Shown here: in pieces, positions 17,818 to 27,578 of the stretch
How the letters are laid out: every line of letters starts with the position of its first letter
Numbering within the stretch: position 1 is the first letter of the stretch
Assembly (NCBI GenBank): GCA_965658675.1
Contig: CBFHTT010000013.1
Span: 158,016-222,015 of the forward strand
Length of the DNA stretch: 64,000 nt
Origin: Limisphaerales bacterium
Lineage (GTDB): Bacteria > Verrucomicrobiota > Verrucomicrobiia > Limisphaerales > CAZKNW01
Reading direction: 5' to 3'
The notes under the pieces: model-generated
Database searches by the model: none
What the model saw: only the letters and a program-made list of their open reading frames with translations
What the model was told of the DNA's origin: nothing
Translations under genes and position numbers: made by a program

Positions 17818-19215
17818 TTATTTCTTACTTGGTCGTTCATCAAATAGATCAGGATCCCACGATGAACGATCAGAAAGCAGTCTGGGAGTGTTGGCCACGG
17901 GGAGTTGATCACCTTGGGATTCTATCCAATCTTCGAGCGTGAGTTGCATTTGTTGAAGCCGCTTTTTGTGTATGGGATCGGAGGCCAAATTCTTTAACTC
18001 CCATTTGTCGGTCTCCAAATGATAGAGTTCCCACTCAGGTCGCTTGTAGTAGCGTGTTTCAATCTCCTTCGCGCCCGTATCTGTTTTTGAAAGCGCCACC
18101 CACTCCGGCCAGAATGCTCCGGCGCCGACCTTTTGGTGAAGGTCAGAGTGGTTTGTGAATGCGAACTCGGGATGGAGATTATGAATTAGTTTCCATTTGT
18201 GATCTCTTACCGCTCGCGTTGGATAGACGTTCATGGATTTGTCTCCTGTATGAGTGGTGAAGATTCTGGGGCGGTGATTTTTTGAATCACCCTTCAACAC
18301 TGGTAACACCGAACGACCATCCAGATTCTCGGGGATACTCCCTCCCGCGGCTTCGATCAAGGTAGGGAGGATATCCACCCAACTGATCATTGCTTTGGTA
18401 TGGGTGTCAGGCTTGATGACTCCGGGCCATGAGGCGATGAACGGAACACGAGTGCCATAATCATAGAGGTTCCATTTTCCAAAAGGCCACTGCGAGCCAT
18501 GGTCACTGGTATGAATGAATAGGTATGGTTCTTTGAGCGCTTTGTCGGTCATCAGTTTCAGTTCTCCAATCAGTTTATCCAGTTCGATGATCTCCTGATA
18601 GTAGGCTGCTCTGTGCTGTCGCGTAGAAGGCGTGTCCAAGTGATGAGGAGGGAATTCAACGCTGGCGGCATCGACAGAGTTCTCCATGGGCCAGGGAACG
18701 TGGGGATTACTGATGCCGACGAATAGGCAGAGCGGTTTCTCTGAGGATCGCTTCTGAAGAAAGTCCTTGGTTGCTTTCTTTACCGCCTGATACGAGGAGC
18801 CACGGCTGACATGGTCGAATCCATAACGTTGAACGCTCTTTCCATGTGCGACCTTTCCGATTGCTGCTGTCTCATATCCGAGTCGATTGAGGATCTCGAT
18901 AAGAGAAGGTATTTCGGGCCGTGGATAGCTGTGGTTGTCTTCGGCTCCATTTCTGGCAGGCATGAGACCTGTCAACAAAGCCGCGCGACTTGGTGCACAG
19001 GAGGGAGAGGCGACATATGCATGATGGAAAGTCATTCCCTGCGATGCCAATTTTTCCATCTGTGGCGTCTTGATGTTCTTGTTTCCGTAGAGACTTGTGT
19101 CGAACTGGGAGTGGTCGTCTGAAAGATAGATAACCATATCCACCTTCGCGTGGATCAGAAAAGGAACCAGAAACAGACTGAGTGAGATCAAAGACCTCAT
19201 TGAGAGTTTGAACAT
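17818..19215 (-). CDS. S1 sulfatase (sulfamidase-like), secreted
   Basis: YLSDD, CAPSRAALLTG, GKVAH, NPH, SDHG..WPFGKWNLYD. Confidence 0.9.
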   Translation of the reverse strand: MFKLSMRSLISLSLFLVPFLIHAKVDMVIYLSDDHSQFDTSLYGNKNIKTPQMEKLASQGMTFHHAYVASPSCAPSRAALLTGLMPARNGAEDNHSYPRPEIPSLIEILNRLGYETAAIGKVAHGKSVQRYGFDHVSRGSSYQAVKKATKDFLQKRSSEKPLCLFVGISNPHVPWPMENSVDAASVEFPPHHLDTPSTRQHRAAYYQEIIELDKLIGELKLMTDKALKEPYLFIHTSDHGSQWPFGKWNLYDYGTRVPFIASWPGVIKPDTHTKAMISWVDILPTLIEAAGGSIPENLDGRSVLPVLKGDSKNHRPRIFTTHTGDKSMNVYPTRAVRDHKWKLIHNLHPEFAFTNHSDLHQKVGAGAFWPEWVALSKTDTGAKEIETRYYKRPEWELYHLETDKWELKNLASDPIHKKRLQQMQLTLEDWIESQGDQLPVANTPRLLSDRSSWDPDLFDERPSKK

Positions 19216-19319
19216 GGGAACATTTGGAGGAATGGATCAAATGAGTGCAATACTTTGATCCTTTTTCTCCAAGATAAAGTTGCCCTCCGGCTTGCGTGTA
19301 ATTGGGGGCAAGCTGCCGA

Positions 19320-19347
19320 TTGACAAAAAGGCTGTGCGCCGTAGCGT
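19320..19347 (+). promoter_or_regulatory. Putative sigma70 promoter for the 19371 gene
   Basis: TTGACA-N16-TAGCGT ending 23 nt before the ATG. Confidence 0.45.
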
Positions 19348-19370
19348 GTTTGTGAACACATTCATGCTTT

Positions 19371-20270
19371 ATGTTGGGTAAGATTAATCTAGGTATTTCA
19401 GTCGTATTGGCAGCAGTGGTTGTTTGGTCTGTTTCATCAGGAAAGAGCACCAAGTCCAACGTTGCCGACCTTCAGGCTCAGCTGGCACTGGCCCAGCAGG
19501 AACTTGCAAAGGCTAATCAGGCTTTGGCCGGTTATCAGCAGGGGCAGGAAAAGGTATCCAAAGAGATCAGCCAGTTGAATGGTACAGTGATGAAAGTCGC
19601 GGGCAATTCCGACGCGGTTTCCAAGAGGTTGAAAGCATACGAAGATCAGGCGAAGCAGGTGTTGCTGGCTCAAAAGCAGAAAGCGGCTGAAGAGGCTCAA
19701 CTGGCAGGCATCAAAAAAGAAGTGAAGGCACCGGTGGTTACGGTTGAAACGACCAAATCCGGACAGACTCGCAGGAAAGTTGTGTTTCCTGAGCTTCTTG
19801 CCAAGGATGGAAAGGCTCTTCTCAAGGATGCTGAATTCAGTGACATTTACGGAAGTAAACTGGTGTTCAGAGAGACAACGGGAGCAAGACAGAGTTTTTC
19901 TGTGACCGAACTTCACCCCGGGGTACTGGAGCATCTCGGAGTTAACGCCGCTGCGGCCATCAGAGATCAGGCTGAACAAGAACAGTTCAGGAAAGACCTG
20001 AGGGAAAATATGGCCAAACTCTATCAAGCCAAGGTGAAAGAAGATCAGATGATGGTGGTGAGGAAAGCGAGGATGGCGGAGCTTCGCAGGCAACAGCAGA
20101 CCAAGGAACAGGCTGAGATGGCCGCGATCGAGGTTGAACGCACATTGGCTGAAGCAGAGCGGGCAAGGGCCCAGGCTGAGGTCGAGAAATCGCGTGCAGA
20201 GCAAATGCTTCCTGCCATGCTTCGAGGTATTGGTGATTTCCTGAACAATCAAGGCGGCGCTTCCCAGTAG
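19371..20270 (+). CDS. Hypothetical membrane-anchored coiled-coil protein with a small central beta domain (SHD1-like)
   Basis: N-terminal TM helix and two Q/E/A/K-rich heptad regions flanking KDGKALLKDAEF...KLVFRETTGARQSFSVTELHP. Confidence 0.65.
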   Translation: MLGKINLGISVVLAAVVVWSVSSGKSTKSNVADLQAQLALAQQELAKANQALAGYQQGQEKVSKEISQLNGTVMKVAGNSDAVSKRLKAYEDQAKQVLLAQKQKAAEEAQLAGIKKEVKAPVVTVETTKSGQTRRKVVFPELLAKDGKALLKDAEFSDIYGSKLVFRETTGARQSFSVTELHPGVLEHLGVNAAAAIRDQAEQEQFRKDLRENMAKLYQAKVKEDQMMVVRKARMAELRRQQQTKEQAEMAAIEVERTLAEAERARAQAEVEKSRAEQMLPAMLRGIGDFLNNQGGASQ

Positions 20271-20290
20271 CCATCCTTTAAGGACTTCTT

Positions 20291-22270
20291 TTGAGCAGCG
20301 CCCGTAATCAACTCATCCTTCTAGGCTTTGTCTGTCAGAGCTTGTCTTGGGATGGTTATGGCATGCTCTTTTTCCATGTTCTGTTTTGGGTGACTTGTCT
20401 GAAGATTCAAGAGAAGAAACCTATTCTATTTGGTCAGGGAGTAGAACTTGGGTTGCTTGGTTTTGGTTGCCTGGCAGGTTGGGCACTGGGGCGATTGCCG
20501 GGGCAGAGTAGTCACTTTTTTATAGGATATGGCGTCACGCTTCTCCAATGCGCCCGGCTGGTTCGAGGCCTGAATCCACGGGAAAAACGGATCTCCGTGA
20601 TTCTGGCAATGTTGCAGATTGGGGTGGCTTGCACTGTTGTACTGGACTACCGCTTCATTCTGCTTCTTGTTGGAATCTGTATCCTTATTCCAAAAGCATT
20701 GATGGAAATGTCGGCCGAGTATTTTTCCTCCAATGAGGAAGGTAGGCGGGGTGGCATTGGGACAAAGGGGACTATGGCGGTGCTCGGAGTGATGCTAGTT
20801 TTCTTTCTCGTTTTCCCTCGAGGGCTTCTAAGTGGGGCCGCTGGTGCATTCCAACCAGCAGGTGGCACATCTGGGACATTTCTGGATTCGGTCTTGGATC
20901 CTTCCAGGAGTGGGAATCTGGGGTCCAGTAAACCTGTTCTGCAGATCAAAGGAGAGCAGCTTGGTTATCTAAGGAGTTTTGCTTTGTCTGATTTTAGGGA
21001 TGGCGTTTGGAAAGCTGATGTCTCGCCCTTGATGCGTCGTATTTCCATGCCAGATGATGCAGTTGAAGAAAATTTGCTCCCTCGAAAGGTGAGAGTGAAA
21101 GACGTTCGATTTCTCGGGCGTTCACTTCCTGCGGATGGCCACGTTGTGAACATAGAGGGCAACTTCTTCCGGCGCCCTCTTCAAAGCATTCATGGAAACA
21201 TCGAATGTTCGGAAGTCTGGAACACATCCAGGAATGTTTATGATTACCTGATGGAGCCATCGAACAGGCATGATTACATGCTGCCGAAATGGAAACGCCG
21301 ATTTCTGCGTGCCCCTGAACCATCAGATGCAGTAGAGGAATGGGTGTCAGCAGTGTTGGCTGGTGAGGAAGATGATTTTCAGAAAGCAGTCAAACTGGAG
21401 ACTCATCTTCAGAATGAGTTCACATATGATCTGGGTGCTCCGGAGCTGAATCGCCTGAAGGCATTGGATGATTTCCTGTTGGAGGAGAGACGTGGGCATT
21501 GTGAGCGGTTTGCTTCGGCGTTGGCTCTGCTTCTAAGAATGCAGGGGATTCCCACCAGAGTCATGGTGGGTTATGTGCCTGGCCCTGCCAATGTTTTGAC
21601 CGGTTGGACGACGGTTCGTCAAATGGATGCCCATGCATGGACAGAGGCCTTCTTCGATGATCGAGGGTGGGTTACATTGGATGCGACTCCTCGCTCTGAA
21701 ATGGATCTTGGGGTATCTGCTATTCGCGAACTGTTGGATGCATTGGATGCGGTCTGGTACGTGAATATCGTGAACATGGATTCCGGAGCGCAGAAAAATC
21801 TGTTCGTGGGAGCAGGCCGGTTGATTGCCATCATTCCCATCTGGTTTGTTCAGCGTCCTGTGCTGATTGCCGGGCTGGTTTTGTTGATTCTTGTGGTCAT
21901 GGTGATCCGTAATCGAGGACAGCTTGGGATCGTTGCGAAAGAGAAGGATGAAGTTGTCTCTGAAGATGCGAAGAGGATTCAGTATGCAGAAGATTTCTAC
22001 GGAAGGTTTCTGATGGCTTCGGCTGAAGCCGGGTATGTCCGCGATACGAATCTGACGCCTTATGAATTCGTGCGGGAGCTGAGGCTCAGGGACGTATCGT
22101 TCCTCTCTTCAGCTGAAAAGATAACGGAGCCTTTCTGCAAGATGAGATACGGTAACGAATGGCCAGACGAAGAAGTTCTCACTTCATTGAACGAACGAAT
22201 CAAGGCGGTGAATCAGCCCCAATCTGAGAAGTCTAAGGAATCCTCTATCTCGCACTTTGCAAAGGATTGA
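20291..22270 (+). CDS. TgpA-like transglutaminase domain membrane protein (DUF3488 + Transglut_core + DUF4129)
   Basis: Multi-TM N-terminus, GHCERFASA (Cys), AHAWTE (His), W.TLDATP (Asp), TPYEF...RYG tail. TTG start. Confidence 0.88.
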   Translation: MSSARNQLILLGFVCQSLSWDGYGMLFFHVLFWVTCLKIQEKKPILFGQGVELGLLGFGCLAGWALGRLPGQSSHFFIGYGVTLLQCARLVRGLNPREKRISVILAMLQIGVACTVVLDYRFILLLVGICILIPKALMEMSAEYFSSNEEGRRGGIGTKGTMAVLGVMLVFFLVFPRGLLSGAAGAFQPAGGTSGTFLDSVLDPSRSGNLGSSKPVLQIKGEQLGYLRSFALSDFRDGVWKADVSPLMRRISMPDDAVEENLLPRKVRVKDVRFLGRSLPADGHVVNIEGNFFRRPLQSIHGNIECSEVWNTSRNVYDYLMEPSNRHDYMLPKWKRRFLRAPEPSDAVEEWVSAVLAGEEDDFQKAVKLETHLQNEFTYDLGAPELNRLKALDDFLLEERRGHCERFASALALLLRMQGIPTRVMVGYVPGPANVLTGWTTVRQMDAHAWTEAFFDDRGWVTLDATPRSEMDLGVSAIRELLDALDAVWYVNIVNMDSGAQKNLFVGAGRLIAIIPIWFVQRPVLIAGLVLLILVVMVIRNRGQLGIVAKEKDEVVSEDAKRIQYAEDFYGRFLMASAEAGYVRDTNLTPYEFVRELRLRDVSFLSSAEKITEPFCKMRYGNEWPDEEVLTSLNERIKAVNQPQSEKSKESSISHFAKD

Positions 22271-23525
22271 TTGGGCCTTTTCCCTGAAGTAGACGAAAGA
22301 GTAGGTTTAGAGCCTGCTGAGACGTGACCAGTTTGAAGGTGTGCCTGTCATCAGGGTTTAGTCTCTTGATCGCTCCGCTTCCGTCAGGAGTCGCGTAACC
22401 GATAAACACAGTTCCAACCGGTTTCTCATCCGTGCCTCCTGTCGGTCCCGCGATTCCAGTTGTAGTAACTGCAAAATCGGCGCCGCTTGATTTCCTTAAT
22501 CCTTCAGCCATTTCGATAGCTGTTTCAGAACTAACAGCTCCGTGGAAGGAAAGCGTTTTCTCGCTCACACCAAGGAAGGTCTGCTTGGCTGAATTCGCGT
22601 AGGTGGTAAGTCCGCAGAGAAATACTGAGGAAGATCCTGATACGTTGGTAAGACGATTCGACAATGTTCCGCCGGTACAGGATTCAGCTACTGCGATAGT
22701 AGCTTTTCTCTCTGTTGCCATGCGGATGATCGTCTCTTCGATTTCCTCCACTTGATCAGTAAAGACGAATTCACCGAGACGCTCGTATGTGGCAGCTACG
22801 GCGGGATCTAGAACTCGGTTGGCATCCTTGCCACTCGCAGTAAAGCGGACGTCAACATATCCGGGATGGAGACAATACGATACCTCTAAGCCTTCTTCTC
22901 GTAGTGGTGCAACCTTGTCTGATATTCTTTCTTCAACGGTGGATTCACCCAGATCGCTGATTCTCAAGAAGCGTTCCGTGAAAGTAGGGCGATCAGGAAA
23001 TCGCTCAGCCAACAGCGGTAGAACTTGATTGGTCACCATGGGATAAAGTTCCCGAGGTGGGCCAGGCAGCATGATAAGATATCGTGTTGATTCGCAATGC
23101 TTGTGCTCAATCAGCAAGCCGGGAGCCGTGCCATTGTGATTGGTGATAACGATCGCATCCTTGGGAATGAGAGCCAACGAAAGTGATGACTTGGGAGTAG
23201 CCTTGCCCCGTGCTGCGAATCGTTCACGAATCTGAACCTCAACTGTAGGATCGTGAAACAGTTCTCTGTCCAGTAGGGCTGCGATCTTCTCTCTGGTAAG
23301 ATCGTCGGATGTTGGGCCCAGTCCACCTGTGGTAATGATCACATCTGCACGGCCGAGTGCTTCTTCGACGGCTTCCTCGATGCTTGCTCCATCGTCAGCA
23401 ACTGCGGTCTGTCTGGTGACGGAGTACCCGTTGTGGGAAAGAATTTCTCCAAGCCACTTTTGGTGGGTGTTGAGACGTGCTCCGTTGAGCAGTTCGTTAC
23501 CGGTGTTTATGAATTCGACCTTCAT
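22245..23525 (-). CDS. cinA: Competence/damage-inducible CinA (MoCF-binding + NMN deamidase PncC domain)
   Basis: GNELL.G..LNT, TTGGLGPTSDDLT, NGTAPG, LPGPPREL, AESCTGG, GAVS.ETA.EMA, TGIAGPTGG. Confidence 0.95.
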   Translation of the reverse strand: MKVEFINTGNELLNGARLNTHQKWLGEILSHNGYSVTRQTAVADDGASIEEAVEEALGRADVIITTGGLGPTSDDLTREKIAALLDRELFHDPTVEVQIRERFAARGKATPKSSLSLALIPKDAIVITNHNGTAPGLLIEHKHCESTRYLIMLPGPPRELYPMVTNQVLPLLAERFPDRPTFTERFLRISDLGESTVEERISDKVAPLREEGLEVSYCLHPGYVDVRFTASGKDANRVLDPAVAATYERLGEFVFTDQVEEIEETIIRMATERKATIAVAESCTGGTLSNRLTNVSGSSSVFLCGLTTYANSAKQTFLGVSEKTLSFHGAVSSETAIEMAEGLRKSSGADFAVTTTGIAGPTGGTDEKPVGTVFIGYATPDGSGAIKRLNPDDRHTFKLVTSQQALNLLFRLLQGKGPINPLQSAR

Positions 23526-23577
23526 CTGTGATAGTCAGATTGCAGTGCTTTTTGGTTTCAGCAAGGGGATGGATGAC

Positions 23578-23611
23578 AAAAAAAGACGGACCGCGAAATC
23601 ACGATCCGTCT
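23578..23611 (-). terminator. Rho-independent terminator after rplI
   Basis: Minus strand AGACGGATCGTG-ATTT-CGCGGTCCGTCT followed by a T tract. Confidence 0.8.
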
Positions 23612-23633
23612 GCAAAAGGAATGTAGTAAGGAT

Positions 23634-24167
23634 CTATGCCTGAGCGTCGTCCGCTTCTTTCTTGGCTGCCTTGTCCTTGGCTTGCTGTTCCAAGAACGCA
23701 ACTGCCAGAGGGTTGGTTGACTCGACGCGCACCTTAAGCTTGGCGTGGATGTCTGTGTGAAGGTGGAGATCAACTTCGTGTTGACCGAGTTCACGGATAG
23801 ATTTCTCGAGGTTCACCTGCTTGCGTTCGAGCTCTACATCGAACTGGTTGTGCATTTCCGCAATGATCATTGCAGCGCTGACAGAACCGAACAGACGGCC
23901 TTCGTCACCGGTCTTGACCTTGATGACGAGAACGAGTGTATCAACACTCTTGGCGAGTGCTTGCATGGTGGCCAGTTCCTGAGTCTCACGCTCTTCACGA
24001 CGCTGCTTGAGGACTTCAAGACGACGCTTGTTTGCACGGTCTACAGGTACTGCAAATCCTTGTGGGACGAGGTAGTTGCGGGCGTAGCCTGCTGCGACAT
24101 CGATCTGATCTGATTCAGATCCGAGGCCACGGATGTTCTTGGTTAGAATGACGCTTGTTTTTGCCAT
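23634..24167 (-). CDS. rplI: 50S ribosomal protein bL9
   Basis: VAAGYARNYLVPQG, GRLFGSV, IRELG.H.V. Confidence 0.96.
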   Translation of the reverse strand: MAKTSVILTKNIRGLGSESDQIDVAAGYARNYLVPQGFAVPVDRANKRRLEVLKQRREERETQELATMQALAKSVDTLVLVIKVKTGDEGRLFGSVSAAMIIAEMHNQFDVELERKQVNLEKSIRELGQHEVDLHLHTDIHAKLKVRVESTNPLAVAFLEQQAKDKAAKKEADDAQA

Positions 24168-24202
24168 GATGGAATGAAGGAGTTTCTAATTAAATTGGTT
24201 GT

Positions 24203-24694
24203 TCAGAATGGTACGTCGTCGTCGTCTCCTGACATGGGATCTGAATCAAAGGACGATGAAGCAGGTGATGAAGGTTGGCTAGGTGCCTGTTGACGAGGAG
24301 CGGCTGCTGGAGCCGATCCGGCGCTCTGAAAAGGATCAGAACCGCTGTCGTTACGTTGACCTCCAGAATCGAGAAAGGTGAACTGTTCGAGCACGACACG
24401 CAATTGATTGCGCTTCTGCCCGGAGTTCTTGTCTTCCCACGAATCAAAGCGGAGACGGCCCTCAATCATGAGTGGGCGACCTTTGCGCATGTATTGTGCG
24501 ATCACCTCAGCCTGACGGCCAAATGCATCGACATCTACAAAGGTGGTCTCGTCCCGAGCTTCACCAGAATCACTCTTCCATGAGCGATTCATGGCCATTC
24601 CAATACGAGCAATGGCTGTCCCCTTTGGGGTGTACCGGAGTTCAGGATCTCTGGTGAGATTCCCGATCAATATGACTCGATTGTAGCTGGCCAT
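24203..24694 (-). CDS. ssb: Single-stranded DNA-binding protein
   Basis: NRVILIGNLTRDPELRYTP and acidic DDDVPF tail. Confidence 0.97.
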   Translation of the reverse strand: MASYNRVILIGNLTRDPELRYTPKGTAIARIGMAMNRSWKSDSGEARDETTFVDVDAFGRQAEVIAQYMRKGRPLMIEGRLRFDSWEDKNSGQKRNQLRVVLEQFTFLDSGGQRNDSGSDPFQSAGSAPAAAPRQQAPSQPSSPASSSFDSDPMSGDDDDVPF

Positions 24695-24717
24695 GATGCT
24701 TGGAGTGACGAAAGGAC

Positions 24718-25017
24718 TTAAGCTGCCTTGGCCGTAGAGTGCGTGATGATGACGCGATTGACCTCTTTATTGAGATCAAAACGGCGGTTGATTGGCTCGA
24801 TGGCGTTTGGCTCTGAAGTGAATATGAAATTCACGTAGTAGCCAGATGGACGACGTTTGTCGACGACGCGAGCAAACTGCTTGCGATCCATCTTTTGTGT
24901 GTTTTCGATTTTGCCGCCAGCGGCTTCGATTTCCTTGGCGACCCGGGCCACAGCGTCATCGATGCTGTCTTCGATGGCGATGGTGTCCAGAATGAACAGT
25001 GCTTCGTAGCGTTTCAA
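24718..25017 (-). CDS. rpsF: 30S ribosomal protein bS6
   Basis: MKRYEALFIL...GG.I...GYY; position before ssb; TTG start. Confidence 0.92.
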   Translation of the reverse strand: MKRYEALFILDTIAIEDSIDDAVARVAKEIEAAGGKIENTQKMDRKQFARVVDKRRPSGYYVNFIFTSEPNAIEPINRRFDLNKEVNRVIITHSTAKAA

Positions 25018-25036
25018 TTGCGTACCTTTTGCTTAG

Positions 25037-25624
25037 TTAGTTGTCGATCGATCCGTTGAAGCGGTTCATAGCCTCGATAGCTTCATGCTGAATCCAGCAC
25101 TCGGCTTGGTCGGCTGCCCGCTCCAAAACCAAATTAATGAGTGGCAACTCTTGTTCTGAGAACTTTCCCAGAACATGACCAGAGATCTCGCGAACTCCGG
25201 CCTGCCTGCGCCCAATGCCAATTTTCTGGCGGGCAAATTTCTTGGTGCCAATGTGGCGCTCGATATTCTCGAGTCCATGGTGACCTCCGCTGCTTCCCTC
25301 GGCTCTCATTCTCAGAGTGCCCAGCTCAAGGTCAGCATCATCGATGGCGACCAAGAGTGCGTCTGCTTCCAGTTTGTGCCACCGGAGAAGGGGACCAACG
25401 CATTCACCACTGGCATTCATGAAAGTCTGAGGTTTGCAAAGAGTTACTTTGCAGCCTTCGACGTTTCTGGTGGCAATCTCTGATTTGGTGCGGCTGTCGC
25501 TTGACCAAGTCAGCTTCCAGCGTTCAGCCAGAAGGTCCACCAGCATGAAGCCGGCATTGTGTCGGGTATTGGCATAACGCCGACCCGGGTTCCCCAGTCC
25601 TGTGATCAAATAATGGTTTCCCAT
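25037..25624 (-). CDS. pth: Peptidyl-tRNA hydrolase
   Basis: GLGNPG..YANTRHNAGF, KPQTFMN.SG, GSSGGHHGL. Confidence 0.96.
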   Translation of the reverse strand: MGNHYLITGLGNPGRRYANTRHNAGFMLVDLLAERWKLTWSSDSRTKSEIATRNVEGCKVTLCKPQTFMNASGECVGPLLRWHKLEADALLVAIDDADLELGTLRMRAEGSSGGHHGLENIERHIGTKKFARQKIGIGRRQAGVREISGHVLGKFSEQELPLINLVLERAADQAECWIQHEAIEAMNRFNGSIDN

Positions 25625-25645
25625 TTTATCTCTATGGAAGAGGGA

Positions 25646-25675
25646 ATCCCGGAGCAGATAACATCTGTCCGGGAT
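25646..25675. other. Intergenic stem-loop between rplY and pth (attenuator or mRNA-stability hairpin)
   Basis: ATCCCGGA(G)CAGAT-AAC-ATCTGTCCGGGAT; no clear U tract. Confidence 0.5.
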
Positions 25676-25698
25676 GTAAGCCCAACAGAGGGCTCAAA

Positions 25699-26331
25699 TT
25701 ATTTAGCTGCTTCAGCTGCTTCAGCTGCTTCTCCGCCCTCTGCTTCCTGAGCCGCACGGCTCTTGGTAACACGGGATTGAGCAACTGAGACAACTGGAAT
25801 ACCTGGGTTGCCAACGTATTTGGCGCCCTCGATTTCCGGTAGATCGCTGATGTGATAGGTCTGGCTTAGCCCCAACTCGGTAACGTCGAGGTGAATAACC
25901 TCGGGGAGTGTGCGGGGAAGTCCCTCGACCTTAACGTAGTGAAGGACATGGTCGAGTGTGCCACCGTCGACCTTGACACCCTTGGCTTCGCCTTTCACTT
26001 CGATTGGAACGGTGACGGTTGTCACTTCGTCTTCAGCAACCTGATGCAGGTCGATGTGAAGATAGGCTCCAGTAAGTGGGTTCTTTTGGATGTCCTGAAT
26101 CAATGCCAAACGAGGGCTGCCTTCACCATCGATGGTGAGTGACAACAGAAGATGGCTCGTTGGTGCTCCCTTGAGTGCTTTGGTCAAGTCGTCAGCGACG
26201 ATCTCGATTTTTTGGGACTCGGTGGATGCACCGTAGATGATTGCAGGAACGCGTCCGGTCGCACGGAGTTTCTTAACTTGTCCAGAGCGAGTGGCTTCGC
26301 GGTTGTAGGCGGTGAATTCGACTGATTGCAT
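25699..26331 (-). CDS. rplY: 50S ribosomal protein bL25/Ctc
   Basis: LRATGRVPAIIYG, HIDL, GVKVDGG.L, plus Ctc C-terminal domain. Confidence 0.95.
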   Translation of the reverse strand: MQSVEFTAYNREATRSGQVKKLRATGRVPAIIYGASTESQKIEIVADDLTKALKGAPTSHLLLSLTIDGEGSPRLALIQDIQKNPLTGAYLHIDLHQVAEDEVTTVTVPIEVKGEAKGVKVDGGTLDHVLHYVKVEGLPRTLPEVIHLDVTELGLSQTYHISDLPEIEGAKYVGNPGIPVVSVAQSRVTKSRAAQEAEGGEAAEAAEAAK

Positions 26332-26371
26332 TTTTTATGTCTGACTAAATTAATTACGGGCCGAACCTGAG

Positions 26372-27316
26372 TTAACTGGTCCGCCCGCCTCTGAATTCGA
26401 ACAAGGAGTTCACAGATGAATTACTGTGAATTCGTTTGATGGCTTCGCCGAGCAAATCTGCCACGGAAAGGGTTGTAATCTTAAGCCCGCGGACAGAAGA
26501 GCGCTGCACAGTATCAGTGGTTATCAATTCGTCAATCTTTGAATCACGTAATCTTTTGATTCCCAAATCACTGAGTAGGGCATGGGAAACGCAGGCGATG
26601 ATTTTCTTGGCACCCTTCTGGTGAAGCATGTCTGCTGCATTGACGAGAGTTCCGGCGGTTTCTGTTAAATCATCGACGATAAGGCAGGATTTCCCGCGAA
26701 CGTTACCGATAATGGAAACTGATTCGACTTCCGTTGGGCTTTTGCGCCTCTTGGCAACGATTGCGAGGCCTCCTCCAAGGTTTTCAGAGTAGGCATGGGC
26801 CATTTTAAGCCCGCCAACATCGGGGCTGACGACCACGAGGTTCTTCAGATTGAGCGAATGTAGGTGCTCATACATCACAGGAGCTGCGTAGAGATGGTCT
26901 ACGGGGATATCGAAAAATCCCTGAATCTGCTGAGCATGTAGGTCCATGGTGAGGACCCTGTTAGCGCCAGCTGCTGTAAGTAGGTTGGCGACCAGTTTCG
27001 CCGTTATAGGAACGCGGGGTTGATCTTTCCTATCCTGTCTGGCGTAACCGTAAAAAGGCATGACCGCAGTGATCCTTGTTGCACTAGCCCGCTTCAATGC
27101 ATCGATCATGATGAACATTTCCATCAGATGATGATTTGTCGGAGGGCTGGACGACTGGATGACGAAGACGTCCTCACCGCGAACATTCTCATCGATTCGA
27201 GCGAATGTTTCCCCGTCTGGGAAGGGTTGAACGGTGCTTTTGCCAGGTTCGATTCCAATGGAATCACAGATGGCGTTGGCGAGCTTTGGATTGGAGCTAC
27301 CAGAGAAGATCTTCAC
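26372..27316 (-). CDS. prs: Ribose-phosphate pyrophosphokinase
   Basis: FPDGE, YGYARQDRK, DLHAQQIQGFF, VSPDVGG, VDDLTETAGTL; GTG start. Confidence 0.97.
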   Translation of the reverse strand: MKIFSGSSNPKLANAICDSIGIEPGKSTVQPFPDGETFARIDENVRGEDVFVIQSSSPPTNHHLMEMFIMIDALKRASATRITAVMPFYGYARQDRKDQPRVPITAKLVANLLTAAGANRVLTMDLHAQQIQGFFDIPVDHLYAAPVMYEHLHSLNLKNLVVVSPDVGGLKMAHAYSENLGGGLAIVAKRRKSPTEVESVSIIGNVRGKSCLIVDDLTETAGTLVNAADMLHQKGAKKIIACVSHALLSDLGIKRLRDSKIDELITTDTVQRSSVRGLKITTLSVADLLGEAIKRIHSNSSVNSLFEFRGGRTS

Positions 27317-27411
27317 GGTTTAGGTAAAAGGGGCTGGGTTGGACTCTAAGGACTATTTTTTAAGGTCTCTCACAATCAATTGGGGCCCTTGCCCGCCGCG
27401 ATTGCCGGCGA

Positions 27412-27439
27412 ACTGTAACAATCGCTTTTTGTCAGACAA
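27412..27439 (-). promoter_or_regulatory. Putative sigma70 promoter of the prs operon
   Basis: Minus strand TTGTCT-N16-TACAGT with an extended -10 TG. Confidence 0.45.
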
Positions 27440-27578
27440 GGTGTTTTACCAGATTCCGCATTTTTGTTTGGAAACTGTGTGCGATTGAAGGTGGATGTAG
27501 TTGGGGATAGCATTTCTTTAACTGATATTTCTTCAAAATCTGGGCTTTCGAGGGTGCTTGCTGGTAGAAAGAAGTGAG

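Noticed and set aside
25702-25750. 9-bp tandem repeat GCTTCAGCT
   Set aside because: It encodes the ordinary low-complexity EAA tail of bL25.
27317-27578. tRNA-Gln, which often lies upstream of prs
   Set aside because: No T-loop GTTCGA/TCGAAC, cloverleaf or CCA end on either strand; only a promoter-like sequence and a short GC-rich stem.
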